A stretch of 64,000 bases of DNA from Sphaerochaeta sp. Phil3 (GTDB lineage Bacteria; Spirochaetota; Spirochaetia; Sphaerochaetales; Sphaerochaetaceae). Below are positions 8,859-18,774 of this stretch, piece after piece; position 1 is the stretch's first letter, and each line of letters starts with the position of its first letter. The translations under genes and the position numbers were made by a program. The DNA lies in assembly GCA_001940825.1 (NCBI GenBank), contig MSGT01000061.1, positions 1,887 through 65,886 of the forward strand, read 5' to 3'. Below the pieces are notes generated by a model. The model was not told where the DNA came from, did no database searches, and was given only the letters and a program-made list of their open reading frames with translations.

Positions 8859-10613
8859 CTACACCTGCTGGAACTGGCTGTTGTAGAGCTTTTCGTAGAA
8901 GCCTCCGCGGGAAAGGAGTTCGTCGTGTGTGCCTTGCTCCATGATGTGGCCGTCCTTCATGACTAGTATGAGGGAGGCATTCCTTATGGTTGAGAGTCTA
9001 TGGGCCACGATGAAGCTCGTGCGGCCCTTCATGAGAGTGTCGAAGGCCTGTTGGATGAGAATCTCCGTGCGGGTGTCTATGCTTGAGGTCGCTTCGTCTA
9101 GGATGAGCATTGGAGGGTGGCACAGCATGACGCGGGCTATGCACAGCAGCTGCTTTTGGCCTTGGCTTATGCCGTCATCTGACAGAATGGTGTCCAGACC
9201 GTTCGGCAGCCTTTGGATGAATTCCCAGCAATGCGAAGCCTTGGCTGCCTCTATGATCTCCTCGTCTGAGGCATCGGGCTTGCCAAAGCGGATGTTCTCC
9301 CTCACCGTGTCGCCTTTGAGCCAGGTGTCTTGGAGGACCATGCCGTAGCTTCGCCTGAGCGAGTGACGGGTGATGTCCGTGATTGGTGTGCCATCTATGG
9401 AGATTGTGCCGTTATCGACATCATAGAAGCGCATCAGCAGGTTTATGATGGTGGTCTTGCCGCAGCCCGTTGGTCCTACGATGGCAATTTTCATGCCAGG
9501 CTCTGCATGGACGTTGAGTCCCTCTATGAGAGGGCGGTCCTTTTCATAGCGGAACGATACATCCTTGATGTCAACCGCCCCTTTGACACTGCCAAACACC
9601 AACGGAGCCTCGGGCGATTCTTCCTTTTCCTCCAGAAATGAGAAGAGCCTTGAGGCGCAGGCTAGAGCGTTCTGCATCTCGGTGACGACCGAGCTTATGT
9701 CATTGAACGGCTTCATGTATTGGTTGGCGTATGCAAGTAGCACGGAAAGGCCTCCGACAGTCAGGCCGCCTCCTGGAACGAGCAGTATTCCCACAAGGGC
9801 GACGCAGGCATAGACAAGGCTGTTGACGAAGCGTGTAGATGGGTTTGTGAGACTGCTATAGAAGATAGCCTGCTGGCTGCAGTCCACAAGCTCATCGTTT
9901 ATCTTCCTAAAGCGGGAAGAGGCCCTGTCTTCGTATCCAAACGCCTTTACGACCTTTTGGTTGCCTACGATTTCGTCTATGAAACCGGTCTGTCTGCCGC
10001 GGATCTCGCTCTGTTTCTTGAAAAGGTTGAACGAGCGGCTTGAGATGAATCTTGCCACCACGAAGCTTAGCGGGGTAAGGACGACTACAAGGAGCGACAC
10101 CGTTACGTTCTTTGAAAACATGAAGAACAATGTCACGATTACGGTAATGATACCTGAAAAAAGTTGGGTGAAGCCTAGAAGTAGGCCATCGGAAAGGACG
10201 TCGGTGTCTGTGGTTATCCTGCTCACTATGTCGCCTGTGCTGTGACTGTCAAGATACGACAATGGAACTCGCTGGACATGCTCTATGGCTTTTGAACGTA
10301 TCTCTCTGACAATGCCAAACGCAATGCGGTTGTTTATGAGGTTCATGAAATACGTGCATATGGCAGAGATGCAGACAAGCATGATTATCCTGCCTGTGTA
10401 CGATGCTATGCCGTCGAAACTGACACGACCTTCTCCAACCATGAGGTCTATCGCATCGCCGAACAGAATGGGAACATACAGCTGAAGCACCACCATTGCA
10501 CCTGCAAGGACTATGCTTGCAGCCAGGCCTACCCAATACCTGCCTATGAACGGGGAAAGCTTTCTCAAGGCCGATGCCGTTGAAGCCTCCTGCTTTGTTT
10601 TCACATTCTTCAT
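8859..10613 (-). CDS. ABC exporter, fused permease/ATPase (heterodimer partner B)
   Basis: Walker A GPTGCGKTT, signature ISQGQKQLLCIAR, Walker B LILDEATS, and a 6-TM N-terminal domain. Confidence 0.9.
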   Translation of the reverse strand: MKNVKTKQEASTASALRKLSPFIGRYWVGLAASIVLAGAMVVLQLYVPILFGDAIDLMVGEGRVSFDGIASYTGRIIMLVCISAICTYFMNLINNRIAFGIVREIRSKAIEHVQRVPLSYLDSHSTGDIVSRITTDTDVLSDGLLLGFTQLFSGIITVIVTLFFMFSKNVTVSLLVVVLTPLSFVVARFISSRSFNLFKKQSEIRGRQTGFIDEIVGNQKVVKAFGYEDRASSRFRKINDELVDCSQQAIFYSSLTNPSTRFVNSLVYACVALVGILLVPGGGLTVGGLSVLLAYANQYMKPFNDISSVVTEMQNALACASRLFSFLEEKEESPEAPLVFGSVKGAVDIKDVSFRYEKDRPLIEGLNVHAEPGMKIAIVGPTGCGKTTIINLLMRFYDVDNGTISIDGTPITDITRHSLRRSYGMVLQDTWLKGDTVRENIRFGKPDASDEEIIEAAKASHCWEFIQRLPNGLDTILSDDGISQGQKQLLCIARVMLCHPPMLILDEATSSIDTRTEILIQQAFDTLMKGRTSFIVAHRLSTIRNASLILVMKDGHIMEQGTHDELLSRGGFYEKLYNSQFQQV

Positions 10614-12397
10614 GCCATGGACTCCTTTGCGTTAGCGTTCCGCTCCTCTGGAAACTGCGAGTAGTAGATGTCCTGATACACAGGGCACGAGGACATGAGC
10701 TCTTCGTGTGTTCCCTTTCCTGCAAGCGTTCCGTTGTCAAGGACAAGTATGAGGTCAGCCTGCATGACGCAGGCGATTCTCTGAGACACTATGAAGGTCG
10801 TGACAGGAAGGGCGTGGATCGCCTTTCTAAGGGCGGCATCAGTTGCAAAGTCCAGTGCACTTGAACTGTCGTCCAAGATTAGGATTCGTGGTTTCTTGAC
10901 AAGGGCCCTTGCTATCGTGAGCCTTTGCTTTTGACCTCCGGATAGGTTCTTTCCCCCTTGTTCCACTTCAAAATCGAGCATTCCAGGCTTCTTTTCCACA
11001 ATCTCCTTGGCCTGAGCGGTTTCAAGGGCCTCCCAGATATCGGCATCAGTCGTCTGTTCGTTTCCAAGCTTCATGTTGTCTCTTATACTTCCCTTGAAGA
11101 GTACGGCCTTTTGGGGGACGAATCCCGTTTCATTGCAAAGTTCCGCCTTTGATATATTTCTGACGTCTATGCCATTTAGGGAGACTGTACCGTTGTCTAC
11201 GTCATAGAATCTTGGAATGAGGCTTACAAGCGTGCTCTTTCCGCTTCCCGTTCCTCCTATGACTCCAATCGTCTGACCTTCGTATGCCTTGAAACCAATG
11301 TCCAAGAGGCTTGGGGCTCCGGCTCCAGGATATGTGAATGTGACGTTTGAGAACTCGACTGCAGGGCTCCCATTGCCATTGGCCTGTGATTTCCCTTCTT
11401 TCGCATCTTCTATGAAAGGACTTGCATATTCCATGCTTGGCTTCACGTCCAATATCCCGGAAACCCTTTTTGCACATGCCAGCGACTTGTTCAACGTGAT
11501 TATGAGGGCCGCCAGCTTTATGAGCTCGACGATTATCTGGAGCATGTAGTTGTAGAGGGCTACGACCTCCCCCTGTTGGAGGGCTCCAAGCTCCACGCGG
11601 ACGGCGGCCTTGTCTATGAGGACCGCGGCGGCTATGTTTATGAGAACGTACGTCAATGGATTGAGCAGGGCGGAGACCTTTCCAACGAAGACATTGAGCC
11701 TGGTGAGGGCCTTGTTGCTCCTTTCGAATTCCTCGACAGCCTCCTTTTCTTGGCAAAACGCCCTTATGACCCGCACACCTGTCAGGTTCTCGCGAGTGAG
11801 GGCTGTAACCCTGTCCAGTCCTGACTGGACGCGTCCAAAGAGAGGGATGCTCACCTTCATTATGAGGAACGTGACTGCAAGGAGAACCGGGATTGCAACT
11901 GCGAAGACCAATGCGCATGTCGTGTCTATAGTGAACGCCATGACCATGGCGCCAAAGACTATGAAGGGGCTTCTGAGAAGGAGCCTCAGCCCCATGTTGA
12001 GGCCTGTCTGCACTTGGTTCACGTCGTCTGACAGCCTTGTTATGAGGGTGTCGCTCCCAAGCCTGTCCAGCTCTGCGAACGAAAAGCCCTGTATGTGGTC
12101 GAAGAGCGCCTGTCTTAGGGATCCTGCAAAGCCACAGCTTGCCTTGGCGGAGAAGAACTGCGCTACAATGCTGAAGGCAAGTCCAATTATTGCCATGGCA
12201 ATGAGGGTCCCAAAGTAGATGAACATATACTTTTTTCCCATGACAACGGCGTTTGAGTCTATCATTTTGGCCACGACCAGTGGAACCAAGAGATCGAAAA
12301 GGGCTTCCAGCAGCTTGAAAAGAGGTGCCAGCACACACTCTTTTCTGAACTTCCTAAGATAGATGGCAAGGTTGTGCATGTTTCTATAGTACAACAA
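10610..12397 (-). CDS. ABC exporter, fused permease/ATPase (heterodimer partner A)
   Basis: GGTGSGKST, LSGGQKQRLTIAR and LILDDSSS. Has a 4-nt overlap with the downstream partner. Confidence 0.9.
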   Translation of the reverse strand: MLYYRNMHNLAIYLRKFRKECVLAPLFKLLEALFDLLVPLVVAKMIDSNAVVMGKKYMFIYFGTLIAMAIIGLAFSIVAQFFSAKASCGFAGSLRQALFDHIQGFSFAELDRLGSDTLITRLSDDVNQVQTGLNMGLRLLLRSPFIVFGAMVMAFTIDTTCALVFAVAIPVLLAVTFLIMKVSIPLFGRVQSGLDRVTALTRENLTGVRVIRAFCQEKEAVEEFERSNKALTRLNVFVGKVSALLNPLTYVLINIAAAVLIDKAAVRVELGALQQGEVVALYNYMLQIIVELIKLAALIITLNKSLACAKRVSGILDVKPSMEYASPFIEDAKEGKSQANGNGSPAVEFSNVTFTYPGAGAPSLLDIGFKAYEGQTIGVIGGTGSGKSTLVSLIPRFYDVDNGTVSLNGIDVRNISKAELCNETGFVPQKAVLFKGSIRDNMKLGNEQTTDADIWEALETAQAKEIVEKKPGMLDFEVEQGGKNLSGGQKQRLTIARALVKKPRILILDDSSSALDFATDAALRKAIHALPVTTFIVSQRIACVMQADLILVLDNGTLAGKGTHEELMSSCPVYQDIYYSQFPEERNANAKESMA

Positions 12398-12407
12398 AAC
12401 GAAAGTT

Positions 12408-12444
12408 CTGTATAATATACAGAGAGGGAGCTTTCACAGCTCCC
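12408..12444 (+). promoter_or_regulatory. pepT upstream region: palindrome around a TATAAT box plus a 5' UTR hairpin
   Basis: CTGTATA-A-TATACAG at 12408-12422 contains TATAAT (12411-12416). The hairpin GGGAGC-N7-GCTCCC is at 12426-12444. Confidence 0.35.
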
Positions 12445-12465
12445 ATGAAATCTCAGGAGTGAAGC

Positions 12466-13716
12466 ATGTACAAACAGGAAGTCCTTGACCGTTTTCTAAG
12501 GTACGTTCAGGTGGATACCATGAGCGATGAATCCATTGCAGACAAGAAGCACCCGTCCACACCGGGTCAGTGGGATCTTTTGAGGATGCTCGAAGGTGAG
12601 CTCAAGGGCCTTGGCCTCAAGGACGTTGTCCTGGATGAGTACGGATACCTCCTTGCAAGGCTGGATGCCACGGAGCAAGGGCTTCCAAGCATTGCCTTCT
12701 GCTCCCATGTGGATACTGCCGATGACGTTGAAGGCAACCATGTAAGGCCACGTGTAGTCGAGAACTACGATGGAAAGGATATAAGACTCAACGACGAATA
12801 CAGCATTGTTGCCGCGGACAATCCTGAGCTTGCACGATATGTTGGCTCGACCATAATAACATCAAGTGGGGACACCCTTCTTGGCTGTGACGACAAGGGC
12901 GGTGTTGCAGAGATAATGACCGCTGTTTCATACCTTGTGAAGCATCCTGAAATAAAGCATGGCGAGATAGAGATCCTGTTCTCTCCGGACGAAGAGACCG
13001 GCTGTGGAATGGATTTCTTCGATGCCTCAAGGCTTAATGCAAAGGCACTCTACACCGTTGACGGCGGCACCAGATACGAAGTGGAGCTTGAATGCTTCAA
13101 CGCCGCTACGGTCAAAGTCCATTTCTCAGGCGTTTCGTACCACCTTGGAGCCGCAAGGGGCAGAATGGTCAATGCCCTGACGATGGCAAGTGCATTCATA
13201 AACGCAATCCCTCAGGCCGAGAGTCCTGAAGCCACTGACGGACGCTATGGCTACTACTGCGCCCAGAGCGCAAGTGGAAACGCAACGGACATGGACGTTA
13301 CAGTGTACCTTAGGGACTTCGACTACGATGGACTTCTCAGGAGGATCGAGGTCCTTCAGAGCCTTGGAAAGACTGTAGAGCTTCTCTATGCTGGTGGAAA
13401 GGTCACTGTGGACAGCAAGATAAGCTACCTCAACATGGGTGAGGCTGCAAAGAAGGATCCGTGGGCCGTAGAAGCTATATTCAAGGCTGGAAAGGCCCTT
13501 GGACAACCGCTTCATACAGAGATAATCAGGGGCGGCACGGATGGTTCCCGCATAGCCCAAATCAAGGGCATTGCATGCCCAAACCTCTATACCGGCGGCC
13601 ACAACTACCATAGCAGATTCGAGTGGGCGGCCCTTGATGCCATGAACGATAGCGTAGCCCTCATAATAGAAATTGCAAGGCAGTGGGCCTTGGAGTTCTC
13701 CAAATCACATAGGTGA
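12466..13716 (+). CDS. pepT: Peptidase T (tripeptide aminopeptidase, M20B)
   Basis: N-terminus VLDRFLRYVQVDTMSDE and full-length collinearity with PepT. Confidence 0.9.
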   Translation: MYKQEVLDRFLRYVQVDTMSDESIADKKHPSTPGQWDLLRMLEGELKGLGLKDVVLDEYGYLLARLDATEQGLPSIAFCSHVDTADDVEGNHVRPRVVENYDGKDIRLNDEYSIVAADNPELARYVGSTIITSSGDTLLGCDDKGGVAEIMTAVSYLVKHPEIKHGEIEILFSPDEETGCGMDFFDASRLNAKALYTVDGGTRYEVELECFNAATVKVHFSGVSYHLGAARGRMVNALTMASAFINAIPQAESPEATDGRYGYYCAQSASGNATDMDVTVYLRDFDYDGLLRRIEVLQSLGKTVELLYAGGKVTVDSKISYLNMGEAAKKDPWAVEAIFKAGKALGQPLHTEIIRGGTDGSRIAQIKGIACPNLYTGGHNYHSRFEWAALDAMNDSVALIIEIARQWALEFSKSHR

Positions 13717-13731
13717 GGTTTCCAAAGTCCA

Positions 13732-14379
13732 ATGGTCAGGAAGGCTTTTCTGCTGTTTCTTATGCTCCTCGCCACTGTTTCCAGCGTTTGGTGTGCAACC
13801 ATTGGATATGTCTATGGAAACCAGGTTTCGTCAGTGGATTTCGATGTACCTCCAAAGGTTGGCACTAAGTTCGTTGATTCCAATAACAATGTCCTGATCG
13901 TGGCGAAAAGCCTTGAAAAAGCCGTTGTATTCGACAGAATAAGCACTTCTTCGTCTGTTGAGGAAGGAAGTGCTCTCACCTACAAAGGAAGAGACCATTC
14001 CGTTTTTGCAAGGGTTTCCCTTGCAAACGCTCTTGTGGGATATTCGGTATCCACGGCTCTTCATCCAGTGCGTCCTGTCGTGTTGGCGGGTTTCACATAT
14101 TCGACCAAGAGGCTGTTCGTTTCAGCAGGCCTTGAAGCCGATGTAATCCTTTCCAATCTTTGGGACAGCTCATTCACCTTCATTGAAGACGGAGGCGTTC
14201 TTGGCTGGTGTACCCTTGGTGCGTTCGTGCTTCCTTCTGTTGCATTCGCCTGTTCTTATGGAGTGGCCTACAGACACTACATTGGCTCGTTCCGTTGGGA
14301 GCTTGGAGTCTCGTGGCTACGTGGCACCGGCAGCATTCTCTACAAGACGCCGTATATAGGATTGGGGGTGTCTATATGA
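13732..14379 (+). CDS. Secreted hypothetical protein (possible small beta-barrel)
   Basis: Signal peptide MVRKAFLLFLMLLATVSSVWC. Gly/Ser/aromatic-rich alternating C-terminal half. Confidence 0.5.
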   Translation: MVRKAFLLFLMLLATVSSVWCATIGYVYGNQVSSVDFDVPPKVGTKFVDSNNNVLIVAKSLEKAVVFDRISTSSSVEEGSALTYKGRDHSVFARVSLANALVGYSVSTALHPVRPVVLAGFTYSTKRLFVSAGLEADVILSNLWDSSFTFIEDGGVLGWCTLGAFVLPSVAFACSYGVAYRHYIGSFRWELGVSWLRGTGSILYKTPYIGLGVSI

Positions 14380-15803
14380 AGATGCCCCGCAGAAGAAGGA
14401 AGCTTTGTAAAGTCGTTCTGACGATTCTTGCCGCCTTTGCCATCATGATGTCCCTTACGGGGTGTACATCCCTTTCGTCCTTGATAAGGGCGAACATATC
14501 AGGGGTTCCGTATTGGGTCTATTCTCCAAAGGTTGGACTTGGAAAGGACCGCGTTTCATTCGTTGGAGAAGGACGAGCCTCCTCTTCAAGGCAGGCCGAG
14601 CTTTTGGCCTACTCCAGCATAGTTGACCAACTTTCCGAATACCTTGGAGTCCCTCTTGACCAGGAAGTCTACAGGGAGCTCAGCGTTCTTGGTACGATTC
14701 AGGCATACGATCTCTACGTCGAGGACTCGTTCTCAAGGGTCCTTGACCGCGAGACCACGTTCTATGTCTATGCAGTAGCGGATTCAAGCCTTCTTGAAGC
14801 TGCAAGCTCTGAGGAGACTATAAGGCGCAACGAGGTCTCGAAAAACGTTGAGGAGCTGGTGCTTCAGGGCGATTCCTACATGAAGGACGAAATGTTCACA
14901 AGAGGCATCTCCTGCTACATGCAGGCCATGGCGGCCTCCTATGGTCAGGACTATATAAAGGAAGAATACTCATACGATACTCTGTTTGGTGATGTCATGG
15001 ATATCATTGGCTCCATAACGGTTTCCATTTCATCAAGCGATCCGTCGCGGGCGAGGTGCACTGTGGCCGTGACGAGGAAATCGGTCTTGCTTCCCTCCAA
15101 GGTCCGCAATGCAGAGGTCCTTGCCATGTACCGCGCTGTTGATATGAAGGGCGATGCGTATGACGATTCATTCGTGTACATCACGGGCGCAGACGGGGGC
15201 TTCGTGTTCGACTGCCTCAATTTCTCAATAGTCCGCAAGGGATCGGTTGAGTTCGTGCTTGACTTCGAGTCCGAGCTCGAGGTCCTTGAATGTACCACTG
15301 ACCCAGCTGTTGCCGCCACCCTTAGGGCCGCAGTCGAGGAGAAGAGCGTCAGATTCGACTACGACAGGGCCTACATGCTTGGAGACATTGCCGTTGCGGT
15401 CATAGAGTTCGACTCCAAGGGCTATGCAATTGGAAACAAGGACACGACAGACTACTTGTGCTCCCTCCTCAAGACCGATGGTGCCGAGGTTTCTCCATTC
15501 TATGCAGACTCCAACCTTGAGGAGGATGTCCTTTATGACTACAGTCAGCTCAAAGGAGGAGCGGACTGCCTTTTGGTCTGTAGGTTCGGCCAAATGGACG
15601 TCGTTGAATTCAGGCTTGGCGGGTTCGCTGCAAGTGTGGAAGGGACTGCTACGTTGTTCGACATGAAAAGTCTCTCGACCATCTATTCTAGCTCCGTAGT
15701 CTATGCTTCCGCTTTTGGCGATACGGCCCAGAGTGCAGTGAAGGCTTCGTTCGAGAAGCTTGCAGATGTCGTGTATTCATTGTTGAAGGCGGACTATGTT
15801 TGA
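14376..15803 (+). CDS. Lipoprotein, function unknown
   Basis: ATGA overlap with the upstream stop. MKMPRRRRKLCKVVLTILAAFAIMMSLTGC lipobox. The longer ORF-track start at 14208 overlaps the previous gene. Confidence 0.55.
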   Translation: MKMPRRRRKLCKVVLTILAAFAIMMSLTGCTSLSSLIRANISGVPYWVYSPKVGLGKDRVSFVGEGRASSSRQAELLAYSSIVDQLSEYLGVPLDQEVYRELSVLGTIQAYDLYVEDSFSRVLDRETTFYVYAVADSSLLEAASSEETIRRNEVSKNVEELVLQGDSYMKDEMFTRGISCYMQAMAASYGQDYIKEEYSYDTLFGDVMDIIGSITVSISSSDPSRARCTVAVTRKSVLLPSKVRNAEVLAMYRAVDMKGDAYDDSFVYITGADGGFVFDCLNFSIVRKGSVEFVLDFESELEVLECTTDPAVAATLRAAVEEKSVRFDYDRAYMLGDIAVAVIEFDSKGYAIGNKDTTDYLCSLLKTDGAEVSPFYADSNLEEDVLYDYSQLKGGADCLLVCRFGQMDVVEFRLGGFAASVEGTATLFDMKSLSTIYSSSVVYASAFGDTAQSAVKASFEKLADVVYSLLKADYV

Positions 15804-18729
15804 TCTTGTAAGGCGTACACCCCTTGAGGAGTACGACGGAGAAGGTCTCTTCTATGTCCATGCCGGAACCGGCATGGAGGTGTTCCATATACGAACCTCC
15901 AATGGTTCCTACGAAGGTCCCAAGCCAGGGGTGAACCATGAAATGGTGGCAAACTTCATGTTCTCCACGCCGTCTCAGGATGACAAAGGTGTAGCACACA
16001 TACTGGAGCATACGGTTCTGTGCGGCTCGAAGCGTTTCCCTGTTAAGGACCCTTTCTCATTGGTTTTGCAGTCAAGCCCCAATACGTTCCTCAATGCAGT
16101 CACGTTCTGCGACAAGACCATGTTCCCACTCGCTTCTCCTTTGAAGAAGGACTTCGACAACCTGTTCGGCATATATGCCGATGCCGTCTTTGCCCCTCTT
16201 CTTAGATTGGAGTCTTTCCAACAGGAAGGGGTTCGCTGCTTTGACGGAAAGTACGATGGTGTTGTTTTCAATGAAATGTGCGGTGCCAGAAGCACTGAGG
16301 ATTCGATTGTCCAGACATACAGCACCAAGTTTCTTTACGAAGGGACCCCCTGCCAATATGACTCAGGCGGTGACCCCATTTCCATAGTTGACCTCGGGTA
16401 CGATGAATATCGTGAACGATATTTGAAGTGGTATTCTCCTTCCAACTGCAGGCTTTTCCTGTTTGGGGATTTCGACTCAAAGGAGTATTTGGACAAGCTT
16501 GAAAGTCGTTACCTTGTGGGTGCTTCAAAGGGATCTAAATTTATTCCTAAATCGGAATACTATGAGCAAAAACATATAAAACCATTCAGAAAACATATTG
16601 GATGTGCCGTAAAGGACGCTTCAAGTGTAGTTCTCACATGGCTTACGACTCCATCAAGCGACCCTTTGGAGGTACTTACGGTGTCCGTCCTTGTGGATGT
16701 CCTTCTTGGAAATCCAGGTGCTCCGCTCTACAAGGCAATAGTCGAGTCCGGACTTGGGGAGGACCTCAATCCCATGTGCGGAACCGATCCCGACAGTCCA
16801 ATGCTCACCTTCACCATAGGCTTCAGCAAGGCTTTGAGGGGAAGGGAGGATGAGATAGAGGCTTTCCTGCTTTCTGAAGTGGAGCGTCTTGCCAGAGAGG
16901 GGCTTCCAAAGGATGCTGTGGCCGCCGCAATAAAGAGGCAGGAGTTCAAGCTCCAGGAGATTCCCGGCGACGGACTTCCATTTGGAGTCTCCACAAGTCT
17001 CAAGGCCGCCCGCTCATGGCTTAGGGGAGGCTCCCCTGAAAACGGGGTGAAGGATTTCAAAAGGCTTGAAGATTTCAAGGCCCGCATGGCAGGTGGTCGC
17101 TATCTGGAGGACTGGATGCTTTGCAATCTTGTGGAGAACCATAGGCGCTGTCTCTTGACGGTGGAGGAGGATCCCTCCAGTGAGGAGCGTTTCAAAGCGA
17201 CTTTGGATGAAAAGATCGCGCACCTTGGAAAGCTGGGGCTTTTGCCGGGACCTGACGAGAAGGCGCATTATGAGGCGTTCGTCGATACCCCTGATCCCCC
17301 TGAAGCCGTTGCGACGATTGGAAGGATCTCAAGGGACGACCTTCCTTTGGACATCCCGGAATACAGAACCCAAAGCGTGAGGACTCCAGGTGGCGCCAGG
17401 TTGTATGTCCTTCCTTTGTTCACCCGTTCGATAGTATACATCTCCATGGGGTTCGATGTCCGTGGATTGGTCCTTGAGGACAAGAATCTTCTTCCTTTGC
17501 TTGTCAGGTTCCTCAACATGTGCGGCACTAAGGGCCGGTCATATTCGCAGGTGGGTACGGACATCAAGCTCAACACCGGAGGCTTTGCCATAAACACGAC
17601 AGCCGGGCGCGACGTGAAAGGCCGCCCCATAAGCCTTGTCATCGTGAAGGCCAAGACCTTGCGCGGGGATTTTGCAAAGGCCTTGGACATCATTGGTGAC
17701 ATCCTTCTTGAGGCCGATTTCTCAGACAATGCCAGAATCAAAGCCTCCTTGACGGATCTTTTGACTGATTTTGAAAGCGGGTATACATACAGCGGCAATT
17801 CGTATGCCGTCCTCAATGCCTCAAGCACGTTCTCCACGAGCGCTCTGGAAAGCGAGCTCATGGTGGGTACGTCATGCTGGATGTACATGCGTTCGATCAA
17901 GGAGCGTTTGGAGAAGGATGGAGGGGATCCCGCCTTTGAGAGGACTTTGTCTGACAGGCTTGCAAAGTTGTGCTCCAAGGTGTTCGTCCAACGTGGCCTC
18001 AGGTTCCACCTTGGGTGCGAAGAGCCTATTGAAGAGTGCAAGCAACTTGTTTTGAAACATATAGATAGATATCCAGTTGGAAAGTTTGTAAGGATATCTG
18101 ACTATTATAGGAAGGATGCCTTGGATATGGCATTGTACACTGCAAGGAAAAGGGTGTTCCAAGTGTCGTCCGGGCCTGCTTTCAATGCTTTTGTCACGAA
18201 GTTCGTAAGGAGGACTGACAAAGACCTTGTAGGGGCCATGCTGCTTGCATGGACAATGGAATCGGGCTGTCTTTGGGATGGCGTCAGAGGACGCAACGGG
18301 GCGTATGGCGTGGAGAGCCATGTGGATGACATGGAGGACCTTCTCGTGTTCTCGTCATACAGGGATCCCTGCGTGGAAAGGACGTTCGAGGAGTTCAAAA
18401 AGGCCCTTGGCTGCGGTCTGGATCCACAGGATGTAGAGTATGGCGTCGTGTCGATGGTTGGCAGGGAGATGAAGGCCCCAACCCCGCAGATGAAGTGTGC
18501 GCAGTCGTTCAGACGCATTGTCTACGGTTTGACTCCGGCTCTGCATAGAAGAAGACGTGCAATCCTCCTTTCTCTGACGTCGAAGGACCTTGAGGATCTG
18601 GCTGGCAGGATTCTGTGCGAAATGCACGGAGGGTCATCTTGTGTCCGTGTCACTGTCTGCGGTGAGGATATGGCTGATGATGCCGTTGGAAATGCGGAGG
18701 ATATGGATTTCGTTTCACTTCCAGTCTAG
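15796..18729 (+). CDS. M16C (PreP-like) insulinase-family zinc metallopeptidase
   Basis: HxxEH motif HILEHTVLCGS. Its ~977-aa size is typical of the M16C subfamily. Confidence 0.8.
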   Translation: MFDLVRRTPLEEYDGEGLFYVHAGTGMEVFHIRTSNGSYEGPKPGVNHEMVANFMFSTPSQDDKGVAHILEHTVLCGSKRFPVKDPFSLVLQSSPNTFLNAVTFCDKTMFPLASPLKKDFDNLFGIYADAVFAPLLRLESFQQEGVRCFDGKYDGVVFNEMCGARSTEDSIVQTYSTKFLYEGTPCQYDSGGDPISIVDLGYDEYRERYLKWYSPSNCRLFLFGDFDSKEYLDKLESRYLVGASKGSKFIPKSEYYEQKHIKPFRKHIGCAVKDASSVVLTWLTTPSSDPLEVLTVSVLVDVLLGNPGAPLYKAIVESGLGEDLNPMCGTDPDSPMLTFTIGFSKALRGREDEIEAFLLSEVERLAREGLPKDAVAAAIKRQEFKLQEIPGDGLPFGVSTSLKAARSWLRGGSPENGVKDFKRLEDFKARMAGGRYLEDWMLCNLVENHRRCLLTVEEDPSSEERFKATLDEKIAHLGKLGLLPGPDEKAHYEAFVDTPDPPEAVATIGRISRDDLPLDIPEYRTQSVRTPGGARLYVLPLFTRSIVYISMGFDVRGLVLEDKNLLPLLVRFLNMCGTKGRSYSQVGTDIKLNTGGFAINTTAGRDVKGRPISLVIVKAKTLRGDFAKALDIIGDILLEADFSDNARIKASLTDLLTDFESGYTYSGNSYAVLNASSTFSTSALESELMVGTSCWMYMRSIKERLEKDGGDPAFERTLSDRLAKLCSKVFVQRGLRFHLGCEEPIEECKQLVLKHIDRYPVGKFVRISDYYRKDALDMALYTARKRVFQVSSGPAFNAFVTKFVRRTDKDLVGAMLLAWTMESGCLWDGVRGRNGAYGVESHVDDMEDLLVFSSYRDPCVERTFEEFKKALGCGLDPQDVEYGVVSMVGREMKAPTPQMKCAQSFRRIVYGLTPALHRRRRAILLSLTSKDLEDLAGRILCEMHGGSSCVRVTVCGEDMADDAVGNAEDMDFVSLPV

Positions 18730-18774
18730 GCTTGGATGTTATATAATGAGTGCATTCTGGAGGCTGGAGGGCTC

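Noticed and set aside
11202-12338. 378-aa alternative-frame ORF (and the plus-strand ORF 11610..12218) inside the ABC exporter gene
   Set aside because: The composition (RGHP-rich) is typical of an off-frame reading of a GC-skewed gene. The in-frame product carries complete ABC motifs.
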